64,000 nucleotides of DNA. It comes from Patescibacteria group bacterium. GTDB lineage: Bacteria > Patescibacteriota > Minisyncoccia > Phycocordibacterales > CAIRYW01. The notes beneath the pieces were generated by a model. The model had not been told where the DNA came from and did not search any database. It worked only from the letters and a program-made list of their open reading frames with translations. Shown here one piece after another: positions 55,463 to 64,000 of the stretch. The stretch covers positions 2,914-66,913 of the forward strand of contig JAZKAJ010000006.1 in the NCBI GenBank assembly GCA_040389185.1, in the 5' to 3' direction. Within the stretch, counting starts at the first letter, position 1; each line of letters opens with the position of its first letter. A program made the translations under genes and the position numbers.

Positions 55463-57332
55463 TATGAGCAAACTGACTATTGTAGAGAGATGCGTAGAAA
55501 CCATTTTGTGAAAGTAGATACTCGTGATTTCCCTGTTCAACAATATTTCCATCTCGCATTACAAGGATGAGATCTGCATTTTTGATGGTCGAAAGTCTGT
55601 GTGCAATTACAAAACTTGTTCTTCCGTGCATAAGTTTCTCCATCGCACTTTGAATTAATGTTTCTGTTCGAGTATCAACAGAGCTCGTCGCTTCGTCCAA
55701 AATGAGCATCGGAGTGTCTGCAAGCATCGCTCGTGCAATTGTCAAAAGCTGCTTTTCACCTTGAGAAATATTATCAGCCTCTTCGTTCAATTTCATATTA
55801 TATCCACCTGGAAGAGCTCGAATGAAGTGATCTGCGTGTGCCGCTTCTGCCGCGTGCACAACTTCATCATGAGTTGCATTCGTCTTTCCATATGCAATGT
55901 TTTCTTCGATTGTACCTGTAAAAAGCCAAGAGTCTTGAAGCACCATTCCAAAAAGTTTTCGGAGGTCCGATCGTTTCATATTTCTAATATCAATACCATC
56001 GATCTTAATAGCTCCACTATTTACATCATAAAATCGCATAAGAAGATTCACCATTGTAGTCTTGCCTGCTCCTGTTGGGCCTACAAGAGCCACTTTTTGT
56101 CCAGGCTTTATATTTGCAGTAAATCCGTGAATAATAGTCTTCTCCGGTGAATATCCAAAGACAATATTATCGAACTCCACACCACCTTTAACATCTGAAA
56201 GTACAATAGGATTTTCAATTTCTTTTACTTCATTTGATTCTCTAAGAAATTCAAATACTCGCTCTGCAGCCGCCGCAGTCGACTGCAAAACGTTTGCAAT
56301 GTTTGCTGTCTGAGTGATAGGTTGAGTGAACTGGTTCATATATTGAATGAATGCTTGAATGTCTCCAATTCTTATTTTGCCCTGGATCGCAAGCCACCCA
56401 CCAAGTACCGCTACACCAACATATCCGAGATTTCCCACAAATGTCATAATAGGCATCAAAAGTCCTGAGAAAAATTGAGACTTCCATGCACTATCATAAA
56501 GCTCATCATTGATACCTTTAAAAATATTTACAGATCTTTCTTCTCCATTAAACGCTTTCATCACAGTGTGTCCCGAAAACATTTCTTCAACATGTCCGTT
56601 TATTTTTCCAAGCGTTACCTGTTGAGTGACAAAATATTTTTGTGACCTGCCTACCACAAGACCGATAAGTCCAAAACTTATAGGCAAAACAATTATTGCA
56701 ACAAGTGTCATCTGCCAACTGATCGTGAGCATCATGACAAGGATTCCAATAAGTGATGTCACCGCAGTCACGATTTGAGTGAGGCCCTGGTTTAATGTTT
56801 GACTCACTGTATCAACATCATTTGTGACACGACTCAATACTTCTCCATGAGTTCGATTATCAAAATAACTAAGAGGAAGCTTATTTATTTTTTCTGAGAT
56901 ATCTCGCCTTAGATTGAATGTTACTTTCTGAGAAACGCCAGCCATTATCCATCCTTGAATATAACTAAAGAGCGCACTCACGACATAAAGTCCAACAAGG
57001 AGTTCAATAATTTTCAAAATTGCAACATAATCAATCCCTGCTCCACCAGATTGTTTATTTATAAATCCTGCGACAATATCATTTGTCACTTCACCAAGCA
57101 TCTTCGGACTTACGATTGCAAATACAGTACTCAAGACCGCAAACACAAGCACAACAATGATCGAGAGACGAAAAGGTCTCAAGTATTCGAGAAGTGTCCG
57201 CATCGTCGCCTTAAAATTCTTTGGCTTTTGCACAGGCATTCCCATTCCAGCCATTGGTCCTCCACGACCAAAACCATGCTGTGGGGGCGGTGGCGTTTTA
57301 GTCTCTTCTGTTTTTTTATTATCTTTATCCAT
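55449..57332 (-). CDS. ABC exporter half-transporter (TM288/EfrB-like, consensus catalytic subunit)
   Basis: TMD plus GPTGAGKT, ISQGEKQ, LDEATSS and IAHRLS motifs. Confidence 0.92.
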   Translation of the reverse strand: MDKDNKKTEETKTPPPPQHGFGRGGPMAGMGMPVQKPKNFKATMRTLLEYLRPFRLSIIVVLVFAVLSTVFAIVSPKMLGEVTNDIVAGFINKQSGGAGIDYVAILKIIELLVGLYVVSALFSYIQGWIMAGVSQKVTFNLRRDISEKINKLPLSYFDNRTHGEVLSRVTNDVDTVSQTLNQGLTQIVTAVTSLIGILVMMLTISWQMTLVAIIVLPISFGLIGLVVGRSQKYFVTQQVTLGKINGHVEEMFSGHTVMKAFNGEERSVNIFKGINDELYDSAWKSQFFSGLLMPIMTFVGNLGYVGVAVLGGWLAIQGKIRIGDIQAFIQYMNQFTQPITQTANIANVLQSTAAAAERVFEFLRESNEVKEIENPIVLSDVKGGVEFDNIVFGYSPEKTIIHGFTANIKPGQKVALVGPTGAGKTTMVNLLMRFYDVNSGAIKIDGIDIRNMKRSDLRKLFGMVLQDSWLFTGTIEENIAYGKTNATHDEVVHAAEAAHADHFIRALPGGYNMKLNEEADNISQGEKQLLTIARAMLADTPMLILDEATSSVDTRTETLIQSAMEKLMHGRTSFVIAHRLSTIKNADLILVMRDGNIVEQGNHEYLLSQNGFYASLYNSQFAHNESN

Positions 57333-57344
57333 AATGTTTGTTTG

Positions 57345-59081
57345 TTATTTGATATCCTCTAGCTCCTTCTCCGAAAGCTGTGACGATGCAATTTCTTGAT
57401 AGACAGGAGAGCTCTTCATAAGTTCTGCATGAGTCCCTTCTCCAACAATCTTTCCAGATTCAAGCACTATGATTTTCTCTGCGTGCATAATAGTACTGAT
57501 TCGTTGTGCAACAACAATCATCGTCTTACCTTTTGTCTCGGACTCGAGTGCCTTTCGGAGTGCCGCATCAGTTTTGAAATCGAGCGCAGAAAAACTATCG
57601 TCAAAAATATAAATCTCTGGTTTTTTTGCAAGTGCTCGAGCGATTGATAGTCGCTGCTTTTGTCCACCAGAGAAGTTGGCTCCAGCTTGAGCAATATGAC
57701 TTTCAAATTTGCCTTCCAAACCTTGGATAAAATCAGTTGCCTGAGCAACAGTAGCCGAGTGTTCTATGTCCTCAGTTTTTAGATCATGACTTCCATAAGC
57801 AATATTTTCTTTTATTGTCCCCGAAAAGAGCATTGCTTTTTGAGAAACGTATCCGATCCGACTTCGCAAATCATTCTGAGTCATCTTTCGTACATCAACC
57901 CCATCAACAAGAATTTCTCCTTTTGTGACATCATAGAATCGTGGAATGAGATTAATGACTGTTGATTTACCGCTACCCGTACTTCCCACAATCGCGGTCG
58001 TTTCTGACGGATTGGCTGAGAAAGAAATATCTGCGAGCACTGGTGCTTCAGCACCAACGTATGAAAACGAGACATTTTTGAATTCAACTTTACCTCCAAG
58101 ATGTGGAGCTTTGATAGGATTTTGTGGATCTTGGATAACTGGTTTTGATGCAAGCACTTCTGCGATTCGCTCTGCTGACACAGCAGCACGAGGCACCATA
58201 ATAAAAATAATTGAGAGCATAAGGAATGCAAATATTGCCTGCATCGCATACTGCATAAACGCGAGCATATCTCCGATAGCGAGATTTCCGAGATCAATTT
58301 GATGTGCACCATACCAGACGATTGCGATCGATGTGATACTCATAATAAGCATCATCGCAGGCTGCAAGATTGTCATGAGTCGGTTTACAAAGAGGTTTAC
58401 ATCAGTGAGTATTTTGTTGGATTCTCTGAATTTATTCTCCTCATATTTTTCTTTGTCATAAGCACGAATCACTCGAAGCCCTGTGAGTATTTCTCGAGTC
58501 ACAAGGTTTAATCTATCTACCAATTTTTGAAGTTGTTTAAAACGAGGGAGTGCAATACTAAATATCATTGCAATAACAGCAATGAGTGTAACAACCGCCA
58601 CAGTCATGATCCACGTCATTCCAGGCGCGAGAGCATATGCTTTGATGATAGCCATAACTCCCATAAACGGAGCCATGAGAGCAAGGCGAAGGAGCATAAT
58701 GAGAACCATCTGGATCTGCTGAATATCGTTCGTACTTCGAGTGATGAGTGATGCTGTCGAAAACGTATTGAATTCAACAAGTGAAAATCCTTCGATCTTG
58801 GTAAATACCGCATCACGAATATCTTTTGCAAATCCTGTACCAATTCGTGCCGAGAAATATCCAGCACCGACCGTGAGAATTCCACCACCTAAAGCAATAA
58901 GAAGCATAATGAGACCATAGCTATAGATCACACTCTGATTCCCACCCACTATTCCATCGTTAATAATATGGGCCGTGTAGTCAGGTAAAGAAAGGTTCGA
59001 AAACACCTGTCCAATTGTAAGAATGATCAAGAAAACAATAGGCCAGCTATAAGGTTTTAAGTATTTAAATAAATTAATCAT
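57345..59081 (-). CDS. ABC exporter half-transporter (TM287/EfrA-like, degenerate subunit)
   Basis: GSTGSGKS, FSGGQKQR, degenerate Walker B FDDSFSALD and H-switch VAQR. Confidence 0.92.
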   Translation of the reverse strand: MINLFKYLKPYSWPIVFLIILTIGQVFSNLSLPDYTAHIINDGIVGGNQSVIYSYGLIMLLIALGGGILTVGAGYFSARIGTGFAKDIRDAVFTKIEGFSLVEFNTFSTASLITRSTNDIQQIQMVLIMLLRLALMAPFMGVMAIIKAYALAPGMTWIMTVAVVTLIAVIAMIFSIALPRFKQLQKLVDRLNLVTREILTGLRVIRAYDKEKYEENKFRESNKILTDVNLFVNRLMTILQPAMMLIMSITSIAIVWYGAHQIDLGNLAIGDMLAFMQYAMQAIFAFLMLSIIFIMVPRAAVSAERIAEVLASKPVIQDPQNPIKAPHLGGKVEFKNVSFSYVGAEAPVLADISFSANPSETTAIVGSTGSGKSTVINLIPRFYDVTKGEILVDGVDVRKMTQNDLRSRIGYVSQKAMLFSGTIKENIAYGSHDLKTEDIEHSATVAQATDFIQGLEGKFESHIAQAGANFSGGQKQRLSIARALAKKPEIYIFDDSFSALDFKTDAALRKALESETKGKTMIVVAQRISTIMHAEKIIVLESGKIVGEGTHAELMKSSPVYQEIASSQLSEKELEDIK

Positions 59082-59200
59082 GTGAATTTTCTATGTAGAG
59101 AGAGTACATTTTACTCCAAAAAGGCTAATGCCGCTATGTTAAGGAAGACGGATTTTTTGAGGGGTTATGACAATGAGACCTTAAAGAGATAAGGATCTGC

Positions 59201-59980
59201 TTATCCAAAAATATTTTTATCTTCTTCTATAAGCCAAGCACCAAAAGACCTAAGCAAGTGCTGCATTTGCACTTTATTAGATGTTGGATTCTTAGTATAT
59301 TCAAACAACTCATCCAACTCTTCTTTTTTTTCAGGATAATATTGAGAGACCATCTGCACCAATTTTGGAATTTCCATTGTGTAGGAGTTTTCTTTCCACA
59401 TACATAACATACCTGAACTACGGATAATTCGTTTTGAGATCCATTTACTAATTTCCATTATTTCTTTAGCATCATTGGTTCCTGCCAGATCCTCTTTTGC
59501 AGTTTCAACATCTTTCTTGACATCAACTCGAATTCGACCCATTGTTTCTTTATCTAATTTATAGTCAGGCAATTCTGGATTAAAATCCTTTCCATACACC
59601 CACGCTGAAAAATCTTTCATTTGAAATTTTTTCCCTTCGCTTATATGATCGACTGAGATAAGATGAATCTCCACCCCTCGCTGAAACGGAAATAGAGTAT
59701 CAATTCTTTTTTCCTCATCTAAAACCCAAACATCATCCAGCCGCCCACATTCTTCCTCGGTCAAATCCACGATTACATATGAGTCAACATCTGATTTGTT
59801 TTCTATCGCTTCACCATGAGAAACACTGCCACCAATATATATAGAAATGAGCTTTGAACCTAAATGTTCATTGCAAGTTTTTATTATCTCATCAACAGCC
59901 TCTTTCCATTTTCCAGTTATCTTTTCTGGAGAAGCTTCTTTAATAAGGATTCTATTCTCATCAATATGTATGGTAGGCAT
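59201..59980 (-). CDS. Pol-beta-like nucleotidyltransferase domain protein
   Basis: GGSVSHGEA-x4-SDVD (GS...DxD) motif. Start 59980 has TATAAT 7 nt upstream. Confidence 0.7.
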   Translation of the reverse strand: MPTIHIDENRILIKEASPEKITGKWKEAVDEIIKTCNEHLGSKLISIYIGGSVSHGEAIENKSDVDSYVIVDLTEEECGRLDDVWVLDEEKRIDTLFPFQRGVEIHLISVDHISEGKKFQMKDFSAWVYGKDFNPELPDYKLDKETMGRIRVDVKKDVETAKEDLAGTNDAKEIMEISKWISKRIIRSSGMLCMWKENSYTMEIPKLVQMVSQYYPEKKEELDELFEYTKNPTSNKVQMQHLLRSFGAWLIEEDKNIFG

Positions 59981-60078
59981 AGAATTAATTATACCACTTG
60001 AATCTATCACCTTGACACCTTACACCATTTTACGATATGATACCTTTATACAACAAGGTACCTAAATATTTAAACAAT

Positions 60079-60399
60079 ATGGACCACAACAATGAAAAAT
60101 TTGGCGCAATACGTAAAGGACTCCTCGAGTTTATTCTTTTGAAGATGATTAATTCGAGAGCACTTTATGTTGCCGATATTTTAAAAGAGATCAATCAAAC
60201 AGACTTTGCTACCCAAGAAGGTACTCTCTATCCCCTCTTGAGCCGCATGCGTCGTGATGGATTTTTGGACTATGAGTGGAAGGAATCAGAAGTAGGACCA
60301 CCTCGCAAATACTACAGCCTCACCAGGAAAGGCAAAGCAGAATTAAAAGAAACAGAAGATTATTGGCAAAAAATTAATACTATAATCAAAAACATATGA
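60079..60399 (+). CDS. PadR-family transcriptional regulator
   Basis: RKGLLEF, EGTLYPLLSR and GPPRKYYSLT-x-KG motifs. Confidence 0.9.
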   Translation: MDHNNEKFGAIRKGLLEFILLKMINSRALYVADILKEINQTDFATQEGTLYPLLSRMRRDGFLDYEWKESEVGPPRKYYSLTRKGKAELKETEDYWQKINTIIKNI

Positions 60400-61256
60400 A
60401 CAAAGTAATCACAATCAATCTCGCAGGCAGATCATACTCAGTCGAAGAAACGGGATACAATGCACTAAAAATTTATCTCGATAATGCGGCCATAAAACTT
60501 GAAACTGATCCAGACAAAGAAGAGATCCTCAAGGACTTCAATCTCGCCATCGCAGAAAAATGTGACACTTACCTGAGTTCAACAAAAAATGTTGTCCTAT
60601 CATCAGAGATTGAAACAATTATTAAAGAAATGGGGGCAGTCGACACTACGACAAATACCACTCCTTCTGATAAAAAATTAGAGGATGAGAATGGACCAAA
60701 ACGCCACAAAAAATTCTATCGCCTTCCAGACGAAGGTATTATTTTCGGAGTATGTAGCGGACTTGCTGCATACCTTGAAATGGATGTGACGCTTGTCCGA
60801 ATTATATTTATCGCTCTTACAGTGCTTACTCACGGCGCTTGGGTCGCTGTTTATTTTGTAATATGGATGCTTGTGCCAAAAGCTGACACTCCTGAAGAAA
60901 AAGCTGAAGCGTGGGGTGCGATTCGTACTACCGCACAGGATTTGTTGCATCGAGCACGAACAGGATTCGAACATTTCAAAAATACCGACGAAGCAAAGAA
61001 ATGGAAAAGACAACTAAGAAATGAGCGGAAGCAATGGCAGAAGCGAGAACGATGGCACGCAACTCAAAACAAGTCCCCATTGTATGAATTAGTACAAAGT
61101 ATTATTGGTATGGCTTGGCTCATACTCATCATATATATTATGTGGTTTGGATATGAACATGTTGGAGCGGTTCGAGATCTCTTTGATGCGATCGGTAATC
61201 TACTGGACAGAGCCGTCACACAACTCACAGAGTGGTTGAATGAGCAGGTGGGATAG
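60396..61256 (+). CDS. PspC-domain membrane protein
   Basis: MNKVITINL...GY-x2-L-x2-YL N-terminus and FYR...GVCSGLAAY...VRIIF. ATGA overlap with padR. Confidence 0.85.
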   Translation: MNKVITINLAGRSYSVEETGYNALKIYLDNAAIKLETDPDKEEILKDFNLAIAEKCDTYLSSTKNVVLSSEIETIIKEMGAVDTTTNTTPSDKKLEDENGPKRHKKFYRLPDEGIIFGVCSGLAAYLEMDVTLVRIIFIALTVLTHGAWVAVYFVIWMLVPKADTPEEKAEAWGAIRTTAQDLLHRARTGFEHFKNTDEAKKWKRQLRNERKQWQKRERWHATQNKSPLYELVQSIIGMAWLILIIYIMWFGYEHVGAVRDLFDAIGNLLDRAVTQLTEWLNEQVG

Positions 61257-61272
61257 AGATCATATTTTTATT

Positions 61273-61314
61273 TAAAAAACGATCCGTGTTTTTTTACACG
61301 GATCGTTATTTTTT
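61273..61314. terminator. Bidirectional intrinsic terminator between convergent genes
   Basis: 12-bp stem aacgatccgtgt / acacggatcgtt flanked by A and T tracts. Confidence 0.85.
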
Positions 61315-61333
61315 AATTTAGAATTGTTTGAAC

Positions 61334-61771
61334 TTATCCCAATTTCTCTGCCAACTCCAAAATAATTCCTTCTGGTCCGCGGATATAGCAGAGTTTGTAT
61401 ACATTTTCATAATTGTATATCTCACCCATAAGTTCAAAACCTTTCTGCCTTAGTTTGGCTGTGATTCCCTCCACATCCTGAACATCAAAACAAATATGCC
61501 TAATACCAAGTGTATTTGAAAAAGAAGGCTGTATACCTTTGTCATCTACAGGATTATAGAACTTTACGAGCTCGATGTTTGCTTCACCATCAGGGGTTTG
61601 CATCATAACAATCTTATCCTTAACGTTTTCAAGTGCAATGATCTTTCCTACCCATTCACCTTCCACCTCCTGTTCGCCCACCACCTTGAGACCAAGCTCG
61701 AGGAAAAAGCCTTTTGCAGCTTCCAAGTCTTCGACTATGATTCCTACATGGTCTATTTTGTTTATTTTCAT
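61334..61771 (-). CDS. VOC/glyoxalase family protein
   Basis: DHVGIIVEDL, IELVKF, GIRHICFDV and GPEGIILELAE motifs. Confidence 0.88.
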   Translation of the reverse strand: MKINKIDHVGIIVEDLEAAKGFFLELGLKVVGEQEVEGEWVGKIIALENVKDKIVMMQTPDGEANIELVKFYNPVDDKGIQPSFSNTLGIRHICFDVQDVEGITAKLRQKGFELMGEIYNYENVYKLCYIRGPEGIILELAEKLG

Positions 61772-61779
61772 ATTTTTTA

Positions 61780-62127
61780 TTATTTCCTCAAAATATCTTC
61801 CATCTTTTTCCCTTTCGCAAGTTCATCAATAAGCTTATCGAGATATCGCATTTCTTTCATGACCCGATCTTTTATTTCTTCTATTCGGACTCCACAAATC
61901 ATACCTGTGATCAAAGTTCTTTTGGGATTGAGCTTTGCTTTGCCAAAGAAATTTTCAAAATCCGTTTCTTTTTCCAAATGCTTTTCAAATTGCTTTTGTG
62001 TATATCCTGTTAACCATCGAATGATCTCATCCACTTCGTCCTTTGTGCGACCTTTTCTCTCCGCTTTTGCGATGTAATACGGATATACTTTTGCAAAACT
62101 TGTCTTATATAAATTTTCTAGTTTCAT
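61780..62127 (-). CDS. DUF2200-family protein
   Basis: [31 protein letters not shown] and [14 protein letters not shown] motifs. Confidence 0.88.
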   Translation of the reverse strand: MKLENLYKTSFAKVYPYYIAKAERKGRTKDEVDEIIRWLTGYTQKQFEKHLEKETDFENFFGKAKLNPKRTLITGMICGVRIEEIKDRVMKEMRYLDKLIDELAKGKKMEDILRK

Positions 62128-62163
62128 AATACTTTAGAGAGTTTGTTAAGTAATGAGTCCTCA

Positions 62164-62469
62164 TTATACAGCTGGCTCATAATTCAAAACTTCACGACCT
62201 GGAAAATCCTTGTTGAGAATTTCTAACACTTCGGGAAATGACACTTCACCATAGACACTACTCTTATCCCACACATAAATATTTTTATCCTCGATTTTAA
62301 TTTTTGCACCTCCTTTTATGCTTATAATCTCAACACCTTCATTCTTCATTTTCTCCACAATATCTTTGTGGAATTTAACACTTGGGTCACCCCACAATAA
62401 AGTCCCTTTTTCTGTTTCCACCATGACAAACTTCATAACTCTATTTAACTCGAGATTATTTTTCATCAC
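62164..62469 (-). CDS. Hypothetical protein
   Basis: Co-directional ORF filling the gap. KFV...HKDI...GG...SSVYG is vaguely Janus/ocnus-like. Confidence 0.5.
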   Translation of the reverse strand: MMKNNLELNRVMKFVMVETEKGTLLWGDPSVKFHKDIVEKMKNEGVEIISIKGGAKIKIEDKNIYVWDKSSVYGEVSFPEVLEILNKDFPGREVLNYEPAV

Positions 62470-62473
62470 TAGA

Positions 62474-63088
62474 TTATTTATTAATGTCCCCCGTTTTCAA
62501 TTCCCCTACTGGTTCGTAAGTTGCAATGATAACACCTGTCGTTGAAATTTTTGATTCAGCAAGTTTAAATGTTTTTGGTTTTGTACCGTTTTGAAATAGA
62601 CGTTTGCCACACCCAATAGTCACAGGATAAGTTAATATGTGCATAATATCTATAAGATCCTCTGCAAGCAAGGTCTGAATCAGGTTCCCACTTCCCCATA
62701 CCCAAAGATCAGGACCATCCATTTCTTTTAGTTTTTTTATTTCCTCAACCACATCACCTGATACAAGAGTAGAGTTTTGCCATGAAAGTTCTTTGGGCGT
62801 GTGCGAGACGACATATTTTCGAGTACTATTGAAAGGTACAGAGACTTCATTATCGATAGTTGCGGTTGGCCAATATGAAGCAAAGATATCATAAGTAATT
62901 CTACCCAAAAGAAGTTCGAATGGCTGGTTCATAAATCCACCTATAACATTATCTGATATAGAATCATCAAATTTTCCATACTGCCATCCGCCATATTTAA
63001 ACCCCTCTGCAGTATCTTCTTGTGATCCACCTGGAGCCTGCATAACTCCGTCTAATGTAACAAACGTTGTTGTGATTATTTTTCTCAT
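62474..63088 (-). CDS. Dihydrofolate reductase-like / RibD C-terminal domain protein
   Basis: FVTLDGVMQAPGG, LLLGRITY, WGSGNLIQTL and PVTIGCGKRLF motifs. Confidence 0.88.
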   Translation of the reverse strand: MRKIITTTFVTLDGVMQAPGGSQEDTAEGFKYGGWQYGKFDDSISDNVIGGFMNQPFELLLGRITYDIFASYWPTATIDNEVSVPFNSTRKYVVSHTPKELSWQNSTLVSGDVVEEIKKLKEMDGPDLWVWGSGNLIQTLLAEDLIDIMHILTYPVTIGCGKRLFQNGTKPKTFKLAESKISTTGVIIATYEPVGELKTGDINK

Positions 63089-63144
63089 AGTTAAATTATA
63101 ACGCTAACCAATAATTTATAAAGACGTAATATTCAATGGTTTAT

Positions 63145-63288
63145 TTCCAACAAGCGAGGTGAAAAGCGAATACATGGAGCTTTGCAAGACCTTGAATATT
63201 TTGTATTCAAAATGTGAAAGGTGTACAGTTCCTGTAAGGAAAGTGTGAATGAGTATCCTCATACACAACGTCCGAGGCGAAGTTGGAA
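63145..63288. other. Structured intergenic element (MITE/REP-like or ncRNA)
   Basis: Terminal IR ttccaac/gttggaa. Internal hairpins at 63192-63210, 63229-63241 and 63243-63266. Confidence 0.4.
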
Positions 63289-63307
63289 CAAAGGATTTCT
63301 AGATCCT

Positions 63308-63748
63308 TTATCTTGCAAAGGCTTTAAATATAAAGTACCCGATCACAACACCAAGTCCGTTTAATATTACATCATCAATATCAAATATACCTGTTTTCAG
63401 TACCACCTGCACCCCTTCAATAGCAACTGGAACAAGAACTGCAAGAACTAGACATTTTTTAAATGTCATATTTCGATAAACGCTTGCCGCAAGAAATCCA
63501 AATGGTATGAGCAACGCGATATTCCCAATAATATTTGCGCTCGCAATAAGCCATCCACTACGACCCAAAAGGTATGGCCAAATAGTTTTAAACGGTACGA
63601 AGTTTGACTGACCATTTGCATCTGATCCTCCAAACTTAAGCATGAGGTGTCCAATCCGAATAACCGGAATCTCTCTAAACACCATTACTTTTATGAGTAT
63701 TGCGCTGTAAGCAATGAGAACTAGAGTTGATACTGGATGTTTTTTCAA
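63308..63748 (-). CDS. VanZ-family membrane protein
   Basis: NFVPFKTI, GNIALLIPFG, IEGVQ and FDIDDVILNGLG motifs. Confidence 0.85.
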   Translation of the reverse strand: MKKHPVSTLVLIAYSAILIKVMVFREIPVIRIGHLMLKFGGSDANGQSNFVPFKTIWPYLLGRSGWLIASANIIGNIALLIPFGFLAASVYRNMTFKKCLVLAVLVPVAIEGVQVVLKTGIFDIDDVILNGLGVVIGYFIFKAFAR

Positions 63749-63757
63749 AAGAATTTC

Positions 63758-64000
63758 TTAAGCTTTGATTGTCTGTTTTACTTTGAAGTTACCGCGGAAA
63801 AATGGTCCTCCATCTACCCCTTCACCAAGTTCCCCTGTCATAATGTCATATCCTCCATCTTCATGAGTAAAGACCCCAATCTCATCCCCTGCTCCCGCAA
63901 ACCAACACTGTGCAGCTGATACTTCTCCCGCGAGAAGTCCCTTACTATCTATACCGCCTGTGCCGCCTACTACACTACAACTTCCCTGGAATTTTCCTAT
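63758..64000 (-). CDS. 3' end of a hypothetical protein (5' part outside the window)
   Basis: Open frame ...GKFQGSCS...AQCWFAGAGDEIGVF...FRGNFKVKQTIKA*. Confidence 0.6.
   Translation of the reverse strand: MGKFQGSCSVVGGTGGIDSKGLLAGEVSAAQCWFAGAGDEIGVFTHEDGGYDIMTGELGEGVDGGPFFRGNFKVKQTIKA

Noticed and set aside
63308-63748. Glycopeptide resistance locus from VanZ
   Set aside because: VanZ-like proteins are widespread, and no vanHAX or vanRS-linked ligase genes are present.

Overview
AT-rich bacterial chromosome segment in standard genetic code (TGA is used as a stop). Its gene content points to an ultra-small Patescibacteria/CPR (Parcubacteria-like) genome, which is an inference. The window has six parts. 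(1) 1-26.6 kb is a large mosaic surface-glycan locus: O-antigen-ligase-like protein, GT-C, GT2, five GT4s, GtrA, Wzx, two deacetylases and three methyltransferases. Embedded in it is a complete 2-hydroxyethylphosphonate (HEP) pathway: PEP mutase fused to a cytidylyltransferase, phosphonopyruvate decarboxylase, Fe-dependent phosphonoacetaldehyde reductase, a second LicC/PntC-like cytidylyltransferase, a TagF-like transferase and an unexplained sulfotransferase-fold gene. murC and murD also lie here. (2) At 21.1-21.6 kb a four-helix-bundle (IVP/Avd-like) gene is bracketed by inverted arrays of an AAAGTC unit. Further 7-nt periodic and palindromic micro-insertions lie nearby, some in frame within murD and a GT4. 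(3) 26.8-39.8 kb carries a VirD4/TraG-like ATPase and a surface-protein cluster, including a LamG x3 protein and a 2427-aa LVIVD/S74-chaperone fibre protein. (4) 39.9-41.7 kb is an ApbE / FMN-binding / DoxX flavinylation module. (5) 41.8-54.5 kb holds peptidoglycan-binding proteins, a two-component system, an ECF sigma with a C-terminal extension, a frameshifted methyltransferase and an HD/CYTH/ATP-grasp cluster. (6) 54.6-64 kb holds a heterodimeric ABC exporter, PadR/PspC and small accessory genes. Many genes appear leaderless, with a TAnnnT box 6-9 nt before the ATG. No rRNA, tRNA, CRISPR array, integrase or transposase was seen. All family calls come from motif recognition by eye, not from database searches.
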